Shown: positions 48,641 to 59,896, numbered from the whole stretch's first letter. The stretch: DNA of 63,804 bases, filler included, from Bacteroidales bacterium (GCA_035389045.1; 4 parts of 4 records of this genome joined end to end with filler, not necessarily neighbours in it), one strand, 5' to 3'. Translations and numbers: made by a program. The notes: a model not told the origin generated them from the letters alone.

Positions 48641-48818
48641 TTAAGGGCATCTCTGCTAACCTTGATCGGGCGCCTCTAAAACAAAAAAGTTCGAGGCAGT
48701 CGAAGTTCTGAAAACCGCAGTGTACTATGCGTACATGCCTGTGCTGAGCCTGCCGGAAGCAAGGATTTGAAGAACGAAGATGAACGAAGAAATTTGAAGT
48801 TTTTAGAGGTGGCCTTAA
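48641..48818. mobile_element. MITE-like element with nested inverted ends
   Basis: TTAAGGGCATCTCT..GGGCGCCTCTAAAAC and GTTTTTAGAGGTGGCCTTAA; second partial copy at 39697-39798. Confidence 0.75.
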
Positions 48819-49042
48819 GTTTTTTTATGGCAGGATCAGTAACCACCATTATGGTTTTATATGGGTTGTAGAAAGGGTAAAAGACTTGTTATATATTCCC
48901 TTGATGAACACCTCACATGTATAGACAAAATGAAAAACATAAATAATTAATAATAAATCATCTAAAAGCTGTTACTTAAATTTTTAGTTGAATAAAAAGA
49001 GCATTGCATCCGGTATCCAGTAAACCGGTTATTAGCCTTTCA

Positions 49043-49693
49043 CTACAACTCTTTGACATTTTCCATCACCTTTTTTGGGCAAAGCGGCGATTCCACAATC
49101 TTTTTCAGGTTAAGCAGGTTGTAATAAGGTGTGTCGGTAATAAACGAATTGACAACAGACGATGGTATATACCCACCGGATTCACTATGTACCTGATAAA
49201 CAATTTTAGTGACTCCTTTTGACAGGGGTATGAGCTGCCACGAACCTTTTAACTTGGGTATCCGAACCTTTCCGGGCTTCTCAGGTATGTAATCTCTGAC
49301 GCATTTGATTTCTATGGAAATGACCTTGGTTTCGGGGTCCTGGCTGACGTTATAAAATGTACACAGATCCCTGTCGCTGACCGGCCATGACTGACTAAGC
49401 ACACTATAGGTATAACCCGACGATTCATTTTTTTTCAATAAACGCTCCGCATAGGTGCATTTATACATCCACTTGGGATAATCCGAAACATTATCGATGA
49501 CAGACAATATAGATGAAAGATTGGATTTGGCAATGACTTCTCCCTTAAATTCCTGAATATCTGATCCATTAACCTTACGGGTGTATACCTTTACCCCCTC
49601 TCCTTCCTTTCGCAATTCCCAGGTCTGACTGCAAACCTCAAAGGCAAACAAGACAGAAACAAATAGTATTGTACAAAGTTTCCGTACAGGCAT
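49043..49693 (-). CDS. START-domain (lipid-binding) exported protein
   Basis: WELRKE.EGVKVYTR, WPVSDRD and GSWQL.P..TKIVYQVHSESGGYIP. Confidence 0.85.
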   Translation of the reverse strand: MPVRKLCTILFVSVLFAFEVCSQTWELRKEGEGVKVYTRKVNGSDIQEFKGEVIAKSNLSSILSVIDNVSDYPKWMYKCTYAERLLKKNESSGYTYSVLSQSWPVSDRDLCTFYNVSQDPETKVISIEIKCVRDYIPEKPGKVRIPKLKGSWQLIPLSKGVTKIVYQVHSESGGYIPSSVVNSFITDTPYYNLLNLKKIVESPLCPKKVMENVKEL

Positions 49694-50155
49694 AAGCAGT
49701 ATTTTTAAATGAAGTCACAAAAATAGAAAAATAATCAATAGTAATTCACATCGTTACATTTTTGAAATATCCGACTTGAAGGAAACAATGGAAATTTTTT
49801 TTTGAGATGCTATAAGAAAAGATTGTTACTATGAGTAAGGAAAAAAACATCATATTCATGAGAAAAAGATATAGGAAACCACCTAAGTTTCATCCTTCTT
49901 TCATACAACATAGATTTTCATGGTATTTATTCCCCGCATTCGTAAACATTTAATTTACAGAAATATAGCAAAGATGATATTTTTTATTTAATAATTATTA
50001 TTCACTATGTATCAGGCACTTGTCATTACAGTTATATTTTACCCTGAAAATCTATGATGATAACTAAACGCCTATACCAAAAAATGAATTCATGGAAGCC
50101 GGGATTATTTTTCTTTGTTGATAAACTTGTGTATTTTTGTTTTAAATACTAATTT

Positions 50156-51712
50156 ATGAAATCATTTAAAGTATTTGTTTTACTGTTCATCACGCTCATG
50201 ATCAGAAATAGTGGTGCCTTTGCCCAGCTAAGCGAGGGCGACACCATGTCGTTCTGGTCAGTCACCTATATTGACTGGCCGCCGCTGGCAGGAACCCCGC
50301 AGCATGTAATACATGCAACCTGCGATAAGGTTGGCCAGTATTGTTATATTTTCAGGGAAAGCAGCCTGCCTCCTTTTCAGCAATGGCAGTTAGATACTCT
50401 GGTGCATAAGTTCGACTACCATTTTGTCCCCGAATTGACAGCCGTTTACGGGCCTTTACCCGACACCCTGGATAACGACCCCCGTGTTTATATACTTATC
50501 CATGACGAACCTGACTGGTGCGGATATTTCGACCCCGCACAGCAAATGACCGACGGTTTTGTTTATTCTACATGGGGAAGACACAGCTCGGAACATGAAA
50601 TAATATATATTGCAGCCAGCTGTTTCAACAGCGCTGTATGGATCACAGCTCATGAATTCGGACACATGCTTCATTCGCTGCAGGACCATTCCCCCGAACC
50701 ACCCTCAAACCCCGTCATGTATTGGGAAGAAGCCTGGATCGATGAAGGTTTTTCCACGTTTGCAGCCATGTACCTTACTGAAAACATTTTCGAACCCAGT
50801 GTAACCGATCACAGCGCCTTTTTTTCTCATAATCCTGATATCCCGCTTATCTATTTTTCTAATTATAATCAGGTAAAACTCTGGACTTTATTCATGTTTG
50901 AACATTATGGCGGATGGAATTATATCTCGGCGCTGATCAGCAACCAGCTTAACGGAATAGCAGGCATGGATAGCGCTTTGCGGCAGATCAATGCTCCGGC
51001 AACCTTCGATGAGGCTTTCCTGCACTGGTCCGTGACAAATTTTTTAGACGATTCCGTTTTTGAAGGCGGAAAATACAGCTATAATCATTATAACTTCGAT
51101 TCATGTGTGGTCACGGCCACGCATAATACTTACCCCACGGGCGTCTGCACGCAATCGGTAAAAGCCTTTGGCACTGACTATTTATGTTTCGACAGCCCGG
51201 GACCGAACCCGATGATCGTTTCATTTTCAGCCGCTACAAATTCAGAATTCAGGCTGGCCGCTATAAAAATGATCGCGCCATCCGGCTATGTCACAAACAT
51301 TGATTATATAATTCCCGATGGAGACGGCAATGCAATAGTAAATGCCGATAGTTTCGGAGTCGCCTATAATAAACTGGTACTTGTGGTTTGCAGTACCGAC
51401 TCTTCAATACATGAAGGAAATTCCGCTGCCTATGCGTATTTCACCGAAAGCACAGCAAACATTGAAAACCTGAACCCGACAGCCTATGCTTATCTTTACC
51501 CAAACCCGGTTAAGGATGTGCTCAACTTACACCTCCCCCTTTCCGGAAAAGCTGACATATGCATCTATGACCTGCCAGGAAAAGAAATTTATACTTCATC
51601 AGCTGAAACAGGCAGCATTTCTATAGATATCAGTAAATTTAAAAAAGGCATCTATATACTGAAATACTCAAACACAGCCGGAACAATTTACAGGAAGTTT
51701 ATAAAAGAATAG
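50156..51712 (+). CDS. Secreted zinc metallopeptidase with T9SS sorting domain
   Basis: AHEFGHM plus downstream WIDEGFS; C-terminal YPNP..IYDLPGK..KGIYIL..KFIKE. Confidence 0.8.
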   Translation: MKSFKVFVLLFITLMIRNSGAFAQLSEGDTMSFWSVTYIDWPPLAGTPQHVIHATCDKVGQYCYIFRESSLPPFQQWQLDTLVHKFDYHFVPELTAVYGPLPDTLDNDPRVYILIHDEPDWCGYFDPAQQMTDGFVYSTWGRHSSEHEIIYIAASCFNSAVWITAHEFGHMLHSLQDHSPEPPSNPVMYWEEAWIDEGFSTFAAMYLTENIFEPSVTDHSAFFSHNPDIPLIYFSNYNQVKLWTLFMFEHYGGWNYISALISNQLNGIAGMDSALRQINAPATFDEAFLHWSVTNFLDDSVFEGGKYSYNHYNFDSCVVTATHNTYPTGVCTQSVKAFGTDYLCFDSPGPNPMIVSFSAATNSEFRLAAIKMIAPSGYVTNIDYIIPDGDGNAIVNADSFGVAYNKLVLVVCSTDSSIHEGNSAAYAYFTESTANIENLNPTAYAYLYPNPVKDVLNLHLPLSGKADICIYDLPGKEIYTSSAETGSISIDISKFKKGIYILKYSNTAGTIYRKFIKE

Positions 51713-51829
51713 AAACGGCATTTACCATAATGTATTGCAGACAGAAGGTTTTCAGTTGTATGGAATGTTGCTGTTTTTCATGTGTTATCGCATAAAACAT
51801 AAATAAATCAAACGATTAATAAACATGTT

Positions 51830-52312
51830 ATGAGAGCCTCGTTTACCAATCTTCAGTTCCTTTGGCTGACTGTGATAATCAGTTGTACAATAGTGTCATG
51901 CAAACAAAAAACAGCACCGATCGGCACAACGGACAGGGATTTTATTGAAACATATCTTGACACCAAAGTTATGGAGCCTTCATACGGCGGCAGGATATTC
52001 AGTTCCTATAAGGTTTTCCTTGAAGAAGGCGACAAAATCTATGTCTGGGCCTTTATGCAGGAAAAATACAAAAAAGACGGCAGTATGTTGCCCGGCAGCG
52101 GATGGTCTGTGCCTTTGGTTTTGAATATCGGAAACGTTTCCGGAAATAAAACGGTTATCAGCCATACCGCCCCACGCGACGGAGAACTCTTTAGCAAAGA
52201 TATAGAAACATTATTTCCTGAAAAAATAAGGAATGAAGTATTAAACTTCACCGGGTCAGAGGAAATGCAAAAACTGGAAGAAAAGAGCAGGCTCCGAAGC
52301 AAGAACTTCTGA
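51830..52312 (+). CDS. Hypothetical lipoprotein
   Basis: Hydrophobic signal ending IVSC followed by KQK; 160-aa open frame. Confidence 0.65.
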   Translation: MRASFTNLQFLWLTVIISCTIVSCKQKTAPIGTTDRDFIETYLDTKVMEPSYGGRIFSSYKVFLEEGDKIYVWAFMQEKYKKDGSMLPGSGWSVPLVLNIGNVSGNKTVISHTAPRDGELFSKDIETLFPEKIRNEVLNFTGSEEMQKLEEKSRLRSKNF

Positions 52313-52316
52313 CAGA

Positions 52317-53354
52317 TCAGATCTTTACGATCTTCTGAACATGCACTTTGTTGTCGAAAATAAAACGAAGGTAATATACACCTGGCACCAGTCCATAGGC
52401 TACTGCATCAATATCAAAAGAGTGCATACCCTCAGCCTGTGCCTGATCTTCCATGATGAAAACGCTGAGTTTTCCTGAAACATCGTACAATTCAATAGTC
52501 ACAGCAGCTGGTTTTTTCAGGAAATAAGTACAATTCATCAAATCCTCAAACGGATTGGGGTAAGTGCTCACAGCAAAGCTGTTATCCGTGGTTTCATCAA
52601 GGGATGCAAGATCCTCTTTGGCCAGTGTGGTTTGAGGACTGTAAAGCCCGGTATTGGTAACAACCTGTGCCTGCACATCATTTTGAAAAGTATTGCTTGA
52701 CATCACCAGGATGGGATAACGGTAACCTTTTGCATACCACATGTAGATGGTTTGGTCGTTTTCAACCCTGGCACAGGGATGTGTTTCCTCGTGAACTTTA
52801 TGTATCTTGATACGAAGCACATTGTTCAGCCTTCTGCCCGGCAGGTAGAGTTTACCAAATCCATCGGCGGTAACGGTGTATGTGCCGAAAAAAGTAACCT
52901 CAGAATAAATCTTATAAATGGCATCGCCGGAAAAATTGTCAGTAAATGTATTGCCATAAGCAAAAGGATATTTCATTTTGGTGATGGCATCAGTATACAC
53001 CAGTGAGATATCGCTGTTGGTGTAACCTTTCAACTCGGTATAGGCCGGTGTAACATTATAATAACATTCATTGCCGTTTTCGGAAGTAACTGCATTGTAG
53101 AGGCCAACACCCGGAAGATATGATGTGGGCTGTGCATAAAGATGATCCGTCCGTGCGGCAGAGGTATAGGTCAGATTTGAAAAATCCCAGATCTTATTGG
53201 CTCCAGCCGGCCCCGGATTCATATAAACAACTTCATAAACCTGAATAGAATCACCAACTCTCGGCGCATTTTTTTCATAAGTAAGTACGTTCGTCTGAGC
53301 CAGAACGCTGGTAAACAATACACATGCTGTTAACAGTGAAAATATTTTTTTCAT
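52317..53354 (-). CDS. T9SS type A sorting domain-containing protein
   Basis: Signal peptide MKKIFSLL and PGPAGANKIWDFS; C-terminal YPNPF..LYDVSGK..PGVYYL..KIVKI. Confidence 0.85.
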   Translation of the reverse strand: MKKIFSLLTACVLFTSVLAQTNVLTYEKNAPRVGDSIQVYEVVYMNPGPAGANKIWDFSNLTYTSAARTDHLYAQPTSYLPGVGLYNAVTSENGNECYYNVTPAYTELKGYTNSDISLVYTDAITKMKYPFAYGNTFTDNFSGDAIYKIYSEVTFFGTYTVTADGFGKLYLPGRRLNNVLRIKIHKVHEETHPCARVENDQTIYMWYAKGYRYPILVMSSNTFQNDVQAQVVTNTGLYSPQTTLAKEDLASLDETTDNSFAVSTYPNPFEDLMNCTYFLKKPAAVTIELYDVSGKLSVFIMEDQAQAEGMHSFDIDAVAYGLVPGVYYLRFIFDNKVHVQKIVKI

Positions 53355-53471
53355 AATACTTATTTTTGTACAAAAGTAATAAATATTATGATGAAATGCA
53401 ATTTCCGGCACATAGATTTATCAACAATGAATTATTAATATTTACTGTAACCATCACAGATAAAAACAATA

Positions 53472-53521
53472 AGAAATTGTTTTGATTTTATCTTTTCATA
53501 TCTTTATGCGTCTTTTTTGCT
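53472..53521. repeat. Left end of the 29576-29736 element at the contig break
   Basis: AGAAATTGTTTTGATTTTATCTTTTCATATCTTTATGCGTCTTTTTTGC is identical to the sequence from 29576. Confidence 0.9.
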
Positions 53522-53621
53522 NNNNNNNNNNNNNNNNNNNNNNNNNNNNNNNNNNNNNNNNNNNNTTAATTAATTAANNNNNNNNNNNNNNNNNNNNNNN
53601 NNNNNNNNNNNNNNNNNNNNN
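53522..53621. other. Artificial contig linker
   Basis: N-TTAATTAATTAA-N, 100 nt. Confidence 0.98.
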
Positions 53622-54095
53622 GAATTTATCTTTATTGCAGTTTTTCAGGTCGTTTTCTATCCAGCGGTATTGTTCCGAGCCGGTTTTATAATCCGAAAAG
53701 TTGTCGATAATGACAAAATGAATATTCATTACATCCACCGAATACCATTTGCCGTTGTTGGGGAGTTTAAAGTCACGGGACACCGTTTTTGAGTGAAGTT
53801 CATGATTGCCATAAGCCGGATAAAATTTACTGCCATTTATAATCGGAGAACAGAATTCTTCGAATCTTATCCAGGCAGATTTTTTCAACCCGTTGAATAC
53901 AATGTCGCCTGTATGAAAAACTGCCAGTGGTTTGAATTGCATCAGTTTGTTTATGACGCTTTTATTTATGGTATTGTTGGTATGAGTATTTCCGGAAATT
54001 TTAGTTCGCGTATCGCCAAAAATCACCACCACCGAATCGGTTTGGGCAAACAGTACAGCATGGCTGAAAAACAAGCAGAAAGCAAAAAAGATCAT
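53622..54095 (-). CDS. Metallophosphoesterase (purple acid phosphatase-like), 3'-truncated; start uncertain
   Basis: FGDTR, HTGDIV, YGNHE and EQYRWIENDL. Confidence 0.85.
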
Positions 54096-54286
54096 GAACA
54101 GTGTTGAGGGTATTGGGTTCCGGTTCACAGGCAAGGGGTTAAAATTTATTGTCGCTTTGTTTTCTCCCGCAAATATAACCGGAAAAGATCCATATGGTAC
54201 ATAATAATGAGAAAAAGTTCCGTGTTTAGATCTTTTCACAGCAGCCATCCCGATAGTTCTCCGCATCAATAATCCAGCCCTCACTA

Positions 54287-54646
54287 TTAGGCTAATACTT
54301 CTGAAAGCAGGCAGGCCGATACAATTCCTTGCGTTTGATTAGATACTGCTGTACTTTTTGTTGCGGATTTTTTTCGTATCCCAAGGCTGACAACTATGTG
54401 TTTCCAATTGTTCAATATCAGGGTAAGGTCCCGCATCAAAAAATTCCAGTTTCCCGTTATGATGCTCACTTTTTTTAACAATAAAAGGAGAGATCAATAT
54501 TGCCTTTGCTTATTTTTTGTGTGATAACACCCATCGAGGCCTTATTGTAGCCATATTTGCTGAAAACCTCCTGTGCTGTTTTTTGAACATTGTCTGTGAT
54601 TCCGACACTTCTTGTTAGCTATGAATTGATTTTTAGTTTTGACCAT
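54287..54646 (-). pseudogene. Degraded TetR/AcrR-family regulator remnant
   Basis: The frame from 54600 reads ITDNVQKTAQEVFSKYGYNKASMGVITQKISKGNIDLSFYC*KK*, resembling a TetR HTH with stops and frameshifts. Confidence 0.45.
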
Positions 54647-55026
54647 TTTATTTACATGTTTAATTTCTTAATGTTTTTTTAAAGGCAGATAAATGCTGTA
54701 GTAAAGTGTTTTATTCAAACCATATACACATGACCACTAATTCATTAAAACATATAATTAGATATAAACATATTGTGATAATACATGATTAATAAAAATT
54801 TAATACTAATTGGAAATAATAAAAAATTAACCATTACAAAAAGCCTTTTTAGTCAACTTTATATATATTTCAAAACGTCAATAAGTTGTATTTCGTAGGT
54901 CTTTTATTGTATTTTGGTATTTTTATATCAAAATATGTATAGAAAATAAATGACATTTTTCTTGCTTTTTTATTTTATGATAGTAAATTTGCAAATAACT
55001 TTTATTATTAATTAAATTTTTGAAAA

Positions 55027-58000
55027 ATGGAAAAATTTATTCTTTCTTCATTAAGAAAAATGCTTAACAGTATTTTTTTTATCTTATTGTGTAGCTTGAT
55101 TCTTATATCATGGGATCAAAGTGTATCTGCACAAACACCGGGTTGTTTCAATCTGCAGTCAAATAACCGCAACTTTAATACGGACCCGGGCAGTTGTAAT
55201 TACATTGTACAGCCCGCCAACCTCATGGATGTGGCGTCGCAATCGACTACACTCTGTAAGCTGGAAAAGAACGAGTGGACCTTTACCTATGTTTTGGATG
55301 GTGTTACAAACGGCACCGGAACAGGGACATTGGTGAATAAAACGCTGAATAAAGGTAATACCGGAGTTCTATGGACAGGTGTGCATAGTTCAGGTTATGT
55401 GTTGAATTTCCCCAAATTTTATGTGCTTGTAGAAGACAAAGAAGCCCCTGTGGTTGTTTGCGGCCCAAACATCACGGTTTATACCGATGCTGATACCAAT
55501 GGGGCCATTGTCAGTTATGTGCAGGTTACAGCAACAGACAATTGCATCCTGGACACCCTTTATCTGGATGCGGGATTGCCGAGCGGTTCCTTTTTTCCTG
55601 TAGGAACGACACTGGTGAGGTATGCTGCCAAGGACGTGGATAATAATGAGGGTTACGGAAGTTTTACGGTAACGGTTATTGATAATCAGGCTCCTAAGAT
55701 TAACCTTCCTTCTTTCATTAATAAAAGTGCCAATGTAACAAACGGAAGACATATTAATTATGACATTACAGCTACAGACAATTCAAATATGCCGGTAACC
55801 ATCGAACTGATAGACGGGAAACCAAGCGGAGAACTGTTTGATCCTGATTCAACATTTTGTATCTACAAAGCCACCGACATATACGGTAATTATTCTTATG
55901 ATACTTTGTTAGTATCGGTTTACGATACTGTAGCGCCAACCCTGACCTGCCCTGATACCGTAATTAATAAAAATGCCCCGTCCGATTGCGGGGTTCCCGT
56001 TGATTATATTGTGATAGCCAATGATGACTGTCCGGCGTTTCTGAATTTCAAGAAAATAGGCTCCGGCCCTCTGCCGGGCGATATCGTACCTGTTGGCTCC
56101 ACCTACCAGGTTATATGGGAAGCCAGGGATAACGGCAATAATGTCAAAACCTGCACCATCACCGTTATTGCAATAGACGATGATGATCCGGTGCTCATTG
56201 TACCCTCCGATACGACCATAGCGCCCGACACCCCATTCTTATATGACATTACTGCCACTGATAACTGCCCGGGTGTCACCTGGACACAGACAGCAGGGCT
56301 GCCCTCCGGCTCTGTATTTCCTTCAGGAACGACCACTGTAAATACATTTGTAGCTACAGATGCTAACGGAAAAACGGTAACTAAAAGCTTTAGTGTTACG
56401 GTTCCGGCTTCATGCTGCGACGGATATAATGTGGACATTTATGAAAACAGAGCCTCTCAGTTTTGTCCTGATGCTAATGTAACTTTAATGGCCAATGCTT
56501 CAACATATTCCTGCCCGACGGCCACGGACACCAATCAGTTATGCTTTGTAAGCCCAACGAATCCTGGCTCTGTAAACGCAGCAATAAAATGGACGCGCTG
56601 GACTTTTAACGATGATAAGACCATAACCATACGCACCACCTTTTCAAAGGAGTTTGTTGATAACACATATGGCGAAAATGCAATCGGATGGGGTTCCAGA
56701 GGACATACCTTCAGCAATCTTCTGGGTTCCGACAGATTGGCATTGGCTTTATATGATAAATCCAATTCGTTGAAAATGCAGTTTTACATGGATTACTTAA
56801 CGGTTTCAACAGCAGCTCCGTCAGGATACAAATGCCTGGGGGTAACAGGCGGTGAAGGCAGCATGGTTATGGGTAATGTCAGTGATATAATCAGTGTCAC
56901 GACATCCCTGGATAAAAATTTCAATGAATATGGTTATGTTCTGCCATTGAGCTCACCTGCCACTGACGCCAACTACACCCCGAATCCCAGCTATCCAAAT
57001 TGGGATTATGATGTCTGGTACGAAGTTACGGTTAAGGAAAGCGCTTTCGGAACAGCCGGTTTCGGCAAGCCCGACATCACCTATATTCATGCAAGCCCCA
57101 GCAAAACAGGCAACAACAGTGAGGATGTGGTTCCTGTTGATTGCAGTAATGCTAATGTCAACCCAAGCCCGGCAACAACCTCCTATATCTGGTCGACTGG
57201 AGCAACAACCTCAAATATCAATATTGCCAGCCCGGGAACTTATGCTGTAACGGCAACCAGCAGTGACGGATGTCAGAGTACCGCCTCTTTTGCTGTAAGT
57301 TCAAGTCCACAGTCGGCTTTATCAAATTATGTGATCCTGACCCGCACTCATGCGCAAATCAACAATTCTACTATTTATTCAGGCGGAGTAGGTGTCACCA
57401 ACGATATTGATTATGATGGCAACATCAGGGAAGGAAAGATTGAAGTCAAAAATAGTTCTGTGATCACTTCTGCCGGAACCTTTATTGAAGGCAGCAACAT
57501 TACCCTGGATAACACGAGCCAGGTTTCGACCATAATCAACTCAGCTGCAGATGTGAAGTTACCGGTTTTTGAAGCCATGCCATATATCGGAACGACTGTT
57601 GTAAAAGTTCCTAAAGAAACTACGGTATTTTTAAATGACACCTTATATAAAGAAGTCAACGTTGGTAAAAATGCAACAGCCGTATTTACAAAGCCTGTTA
57701 TAAATATTGAAAAACACATTAAACTTGCCGATGGCGCTACATTGAGATTTACCCAGTGCGGAAAAGTACGAATGAATAATTCTATTCATGCAGGTCAGAA
57801 TGTGACCATCAATCCGGACGAAAAATCCATCATATTTTATTGCGGGGATGATGTGAGTTTTAATCAGGGCGCTCATGTATCAGGATTCTTTGTTTTAGGC
57901 GATGTTAAAAACAAGCATAATCAGGATACAACGTATAATCACCTGCATATAAAAAACTCAAAGTCCACACAGCCCGCCGTTTTTAAAGGTGTGTTTGTTG

Positions 58001-59544
58001 CCGAATGTGTTCATTCAGGAGAATATACCCATTGGTACAAAGGCGATTTCTGTGGCAACTGTCCGGTTGATGCTCCTTATGTCTGGACATGTCCGGAAGA
58101 TATTGTCCTGTGCGACGGTGAAGAAGACTTTAACCTGAGAAACCAATATCCCCTTGTGATACCTGGTATTGCAAGTGTAACCAACAATCAGCCGGCTGTT
58201 TTCCCGTTAGGTGTTACATTGGTTACCTGGACGGTTTATCATAACAATGGAGATGTAGAGCAGTGTACCCAGAAAGTAACCCGCAGCGCGCCTATCACGG
58301 TTGCCATTAATAAAAACGGCTTATTCTGCGACAATTCATTTAACCTGACAACTATTGTAACAGGTACACCTGCAGCAAGTTATCTTTGGTCAACCGGTGA
58401 AACCACACCAAATATAATTGCCAATCCAAACGGCGGAGAATATTCTGTAACGGTCACCAATGCCCTGGGATGCGATACTTCAACCACAGCGCTTGTATCC
58501 ATAGATCCCACCAATTTTATACAGCCCTATGTATTGTTTGGTAAGGATAATGTAAGTTTAATGCAGACTACTGTTGATTATGGCGCATTAGGAGTAAGCA
58601 AAATAGACGGTGTTGCTGATATACTTGAGGAGTCGCCTTTGGTAAATTATTCGGGAAATTTCGCAAAAGCACCCATAGTAAATGTGGATCTATCATCCGT
58701 TGTGCCCAACGTAATCCTTTCTCCCGCCAATGTTATTTTACCTGTATTTGAAGCAAATACACTCACATCAACTGTTAATGTAGTGGTTCCTGAAAATACA
58801 ACAATGGAATTAACCGGAGTGTTATACAACGATATCACGGTTGGCCCCAATGCGTCAGTGACCTTTACACAAGAAGATATTAATTTGAATAAACTTATCA
58901 TTGGCCAGGACGCATCCGTCCATTTTTCAGCTCCTTGCGGCAAGGTTCGTATTAAATCACAGTTATCGGGAGGAAAATCCATTAACCTGAATACTGAGAT
59001 GAAATCTTTTATTTTTTATGTGGGAAATAATGTTGTTTTCAATGAAGGTACCCATGCAAAAGGGGTATTTTATCTCGGTCAGCCAGGCAGGGTAGATTAC
59101 ACGTTTGAAGTTAGAGACTATACAAATACCAGACAAAGTGAATTTGAGGGAATGGTCATTGCAAAAAACATCAAATCAGGTAAAAGAACAAAATGGACAC
59201 TGAATAACTTATGCTCAGGATGCTCCGTATTGAGATCAATGGAACAAACCCCGGCAGGTAATGCATATAATGAAACCAGTGAAATTACCGTAAATAATTA
59301 TCCTAACCCGTTTGTAAACAGCACCTCAATTTACTTCACACTTCCTGCGGATGAGCATGTATTGATTGATGTTTATGACAATGCCGGCAAAAAAGTGATC
59401 ACGTTGTTTGATGCCAATGCTATGAAGAACCAGGAATATAAAATTGATTTTGACGGGTCGGTATTCCCGGCAGGTATTTATATCTACAAAATGACGACCA
59501 CCAGCAAAACCCTTACAGGAAGAATGACAATGATCAAATTATAA
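55027..59544 (+). CDS. 1505-aa multidomain surface protein: HYR repeats, Ig-like repeats, duplicated beta-rich domain, T9SS sorting domain
   Basis: Repeated ATDNC..GLPSGS.FP.GTT.V...A.D units; YxWSTGxTT repeats; C-terminal NYPNPF..YDNAGK..PAGIYIY. Confidence 0.85.
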   Translation: MEKFILSSLRKMLNSIFFILLCSLILISWDQSVSAQTPGCFNLQSNNRNFNTDPGSCNYIVQPANLMDVASQSTTLCKLEKNEWTFTYVLDGVTNGTGTGTLVNKTLNKGNTGVLWTGVHSSGYVLNFPKFYVLVEDKEAPVVVCGPNITVYTDADTNGAIVSYVQVTATDNCILDTLYLDAGLPSGSFFPVGTTLVRYAAKDVDNNEGYGSFTVTVIDNQAPKINLPSFINKSANVTNGRHINYDITATDNSNMPVTIELIDGKPSGELFDPDSTFCIYKATDIYGNYSYDTLLVSVYDTVAPTLTCPDTVINKNAPSDCGVPVDYIVIANDDCPAFLNFKKIGSGPLPGDIVPVGSTYQVIWEARDNGNNVKTCTITVIAIDDDDPVLIVPSDTTIAPDTPFLYDITATDNCPGVTWTQTAGLPSGSVFPSGTTTVNTFVATDANGKTVTKSFSVTVPASCCDGYNVDIYENRASQFCPDANVTLMANASTYSCPTATDTNQLCFVSPTNPGSVNAAIKWTRWTFNDDKTITIRTTFSKEFVDNTYGENAIGWGSRGHTFSNLLGSDRLALALYDKSNSLKMQFYMDYLTVSTAAPSGYKCLGVTGGEGSMVMGNVSDIISVTTSLDKNFNEYGYVLPLSSPATDANYTPNPSYPNWDYDVWYEVTVKESAFGTAGFGKPDITYIHASPSKTGNNSEDVVPVDCSNANVNPSPATTSYIWSTGATTSNINIASPGTYAVTATSSDGCQSTASFAVSSSPQSALSNYVILTRTHAQINNSTIYSGGVGVTNDIDYDGNIREGKIEVKNSSVITSAGTFIEGSNITLDNTSQVSTIINSAADVKLPVFEAMPYIGTTVVKVPKETTVFLNDTLYKEVNVGKNATAVFTKPVINIEKHIKLADGATLRFTQCGKVRMNNSIHAGQNVTINPDEKSIIFYCGDDVSFNQGAHVSGFFVLGDVKNKHNQDTTYNHLHIKNSKSTQPAVFKGVFVAECVHSGEYTHWYKGDFCGNCPVDAPYVWTCPEDIVLCDGEEDFNLRNQYPLVIPGIASVTNNQPAVFPLGVTLVTWTVYHNNGDVEQCTQKVTRSAPITVAINKNGLFCDNSFNLTTIVTGTPAASYLWSTGETTPNIIANPNGGEYSVTVTNALGCDTSTTALVSIDPTNFIQPYVLFGKDNVSLMQTTVDYGALGVSKIDGVADILEESPLVNYSGNFAKAPIVNVDLSSVVPNVILSPANVILPVFEANTLTSTVNVVVPENTTMELTGVLYNDITVGPNASVTFTQEDINLNKLIIGQDASVHFSAPCGKVRIKSQLSGGKSINLNTEMKSFIFYVGNNVVFNEGTHAKGVFYLGQPGRVDYTFEVRDYTNTRQSEFEGMVIAKNIKSGKRTKWTLNNLCSGCSVLRSMEQTPAGNAYNETSEITVNNYPNPFVNSTSIYFTLPADEHVLIDVYDNAGKKVITLFDANAMKNQEYKIDFDGSVFPAGIYIYKMTTTSKTLTGRMTMIKL

Positions 59545-59556
59545 GAAGGAATATAT

Positions 59557-59719
59557 GAGGGTGTTTCAAAAGAAATTTTTGTTGGATTTTTCCATGGCGC
59601 CCATCGCGGCGGACTTTGTGTGCGTTTTGTTAATCATTTGTTTTTCAATGCGATTAATCAAGTTCGATGAGGCCAAAGGTTGACACGATGGAAGCACAAA
59701 AGACTTTTGAGACACCCTT
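59557..59719. mobile_element. MITE-like element of the same end family as 34152-34298
   Basis: GAGGGTGTTTCAAAAG and CTTTTGAGACACCCTT; interior CGCGGCGGACTTTGTG is the reverse complement of the 1-468 core. Confidence 0.7.
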
Positions 59720-59896
59720 ATTTTCTTTTTTTTGACATGTAAAGGGTCAATGCATTACACAGATAAAGTATTTATAACAAGAACCTTATCTTTTTGTACA
59801 CATATTAATATGAAAATATTATGATTGAACAACTATGTGGTTAATTTGTAAAAAGAAAGCATGTAACAATAAGATAAAATATCACTATAATTCATT

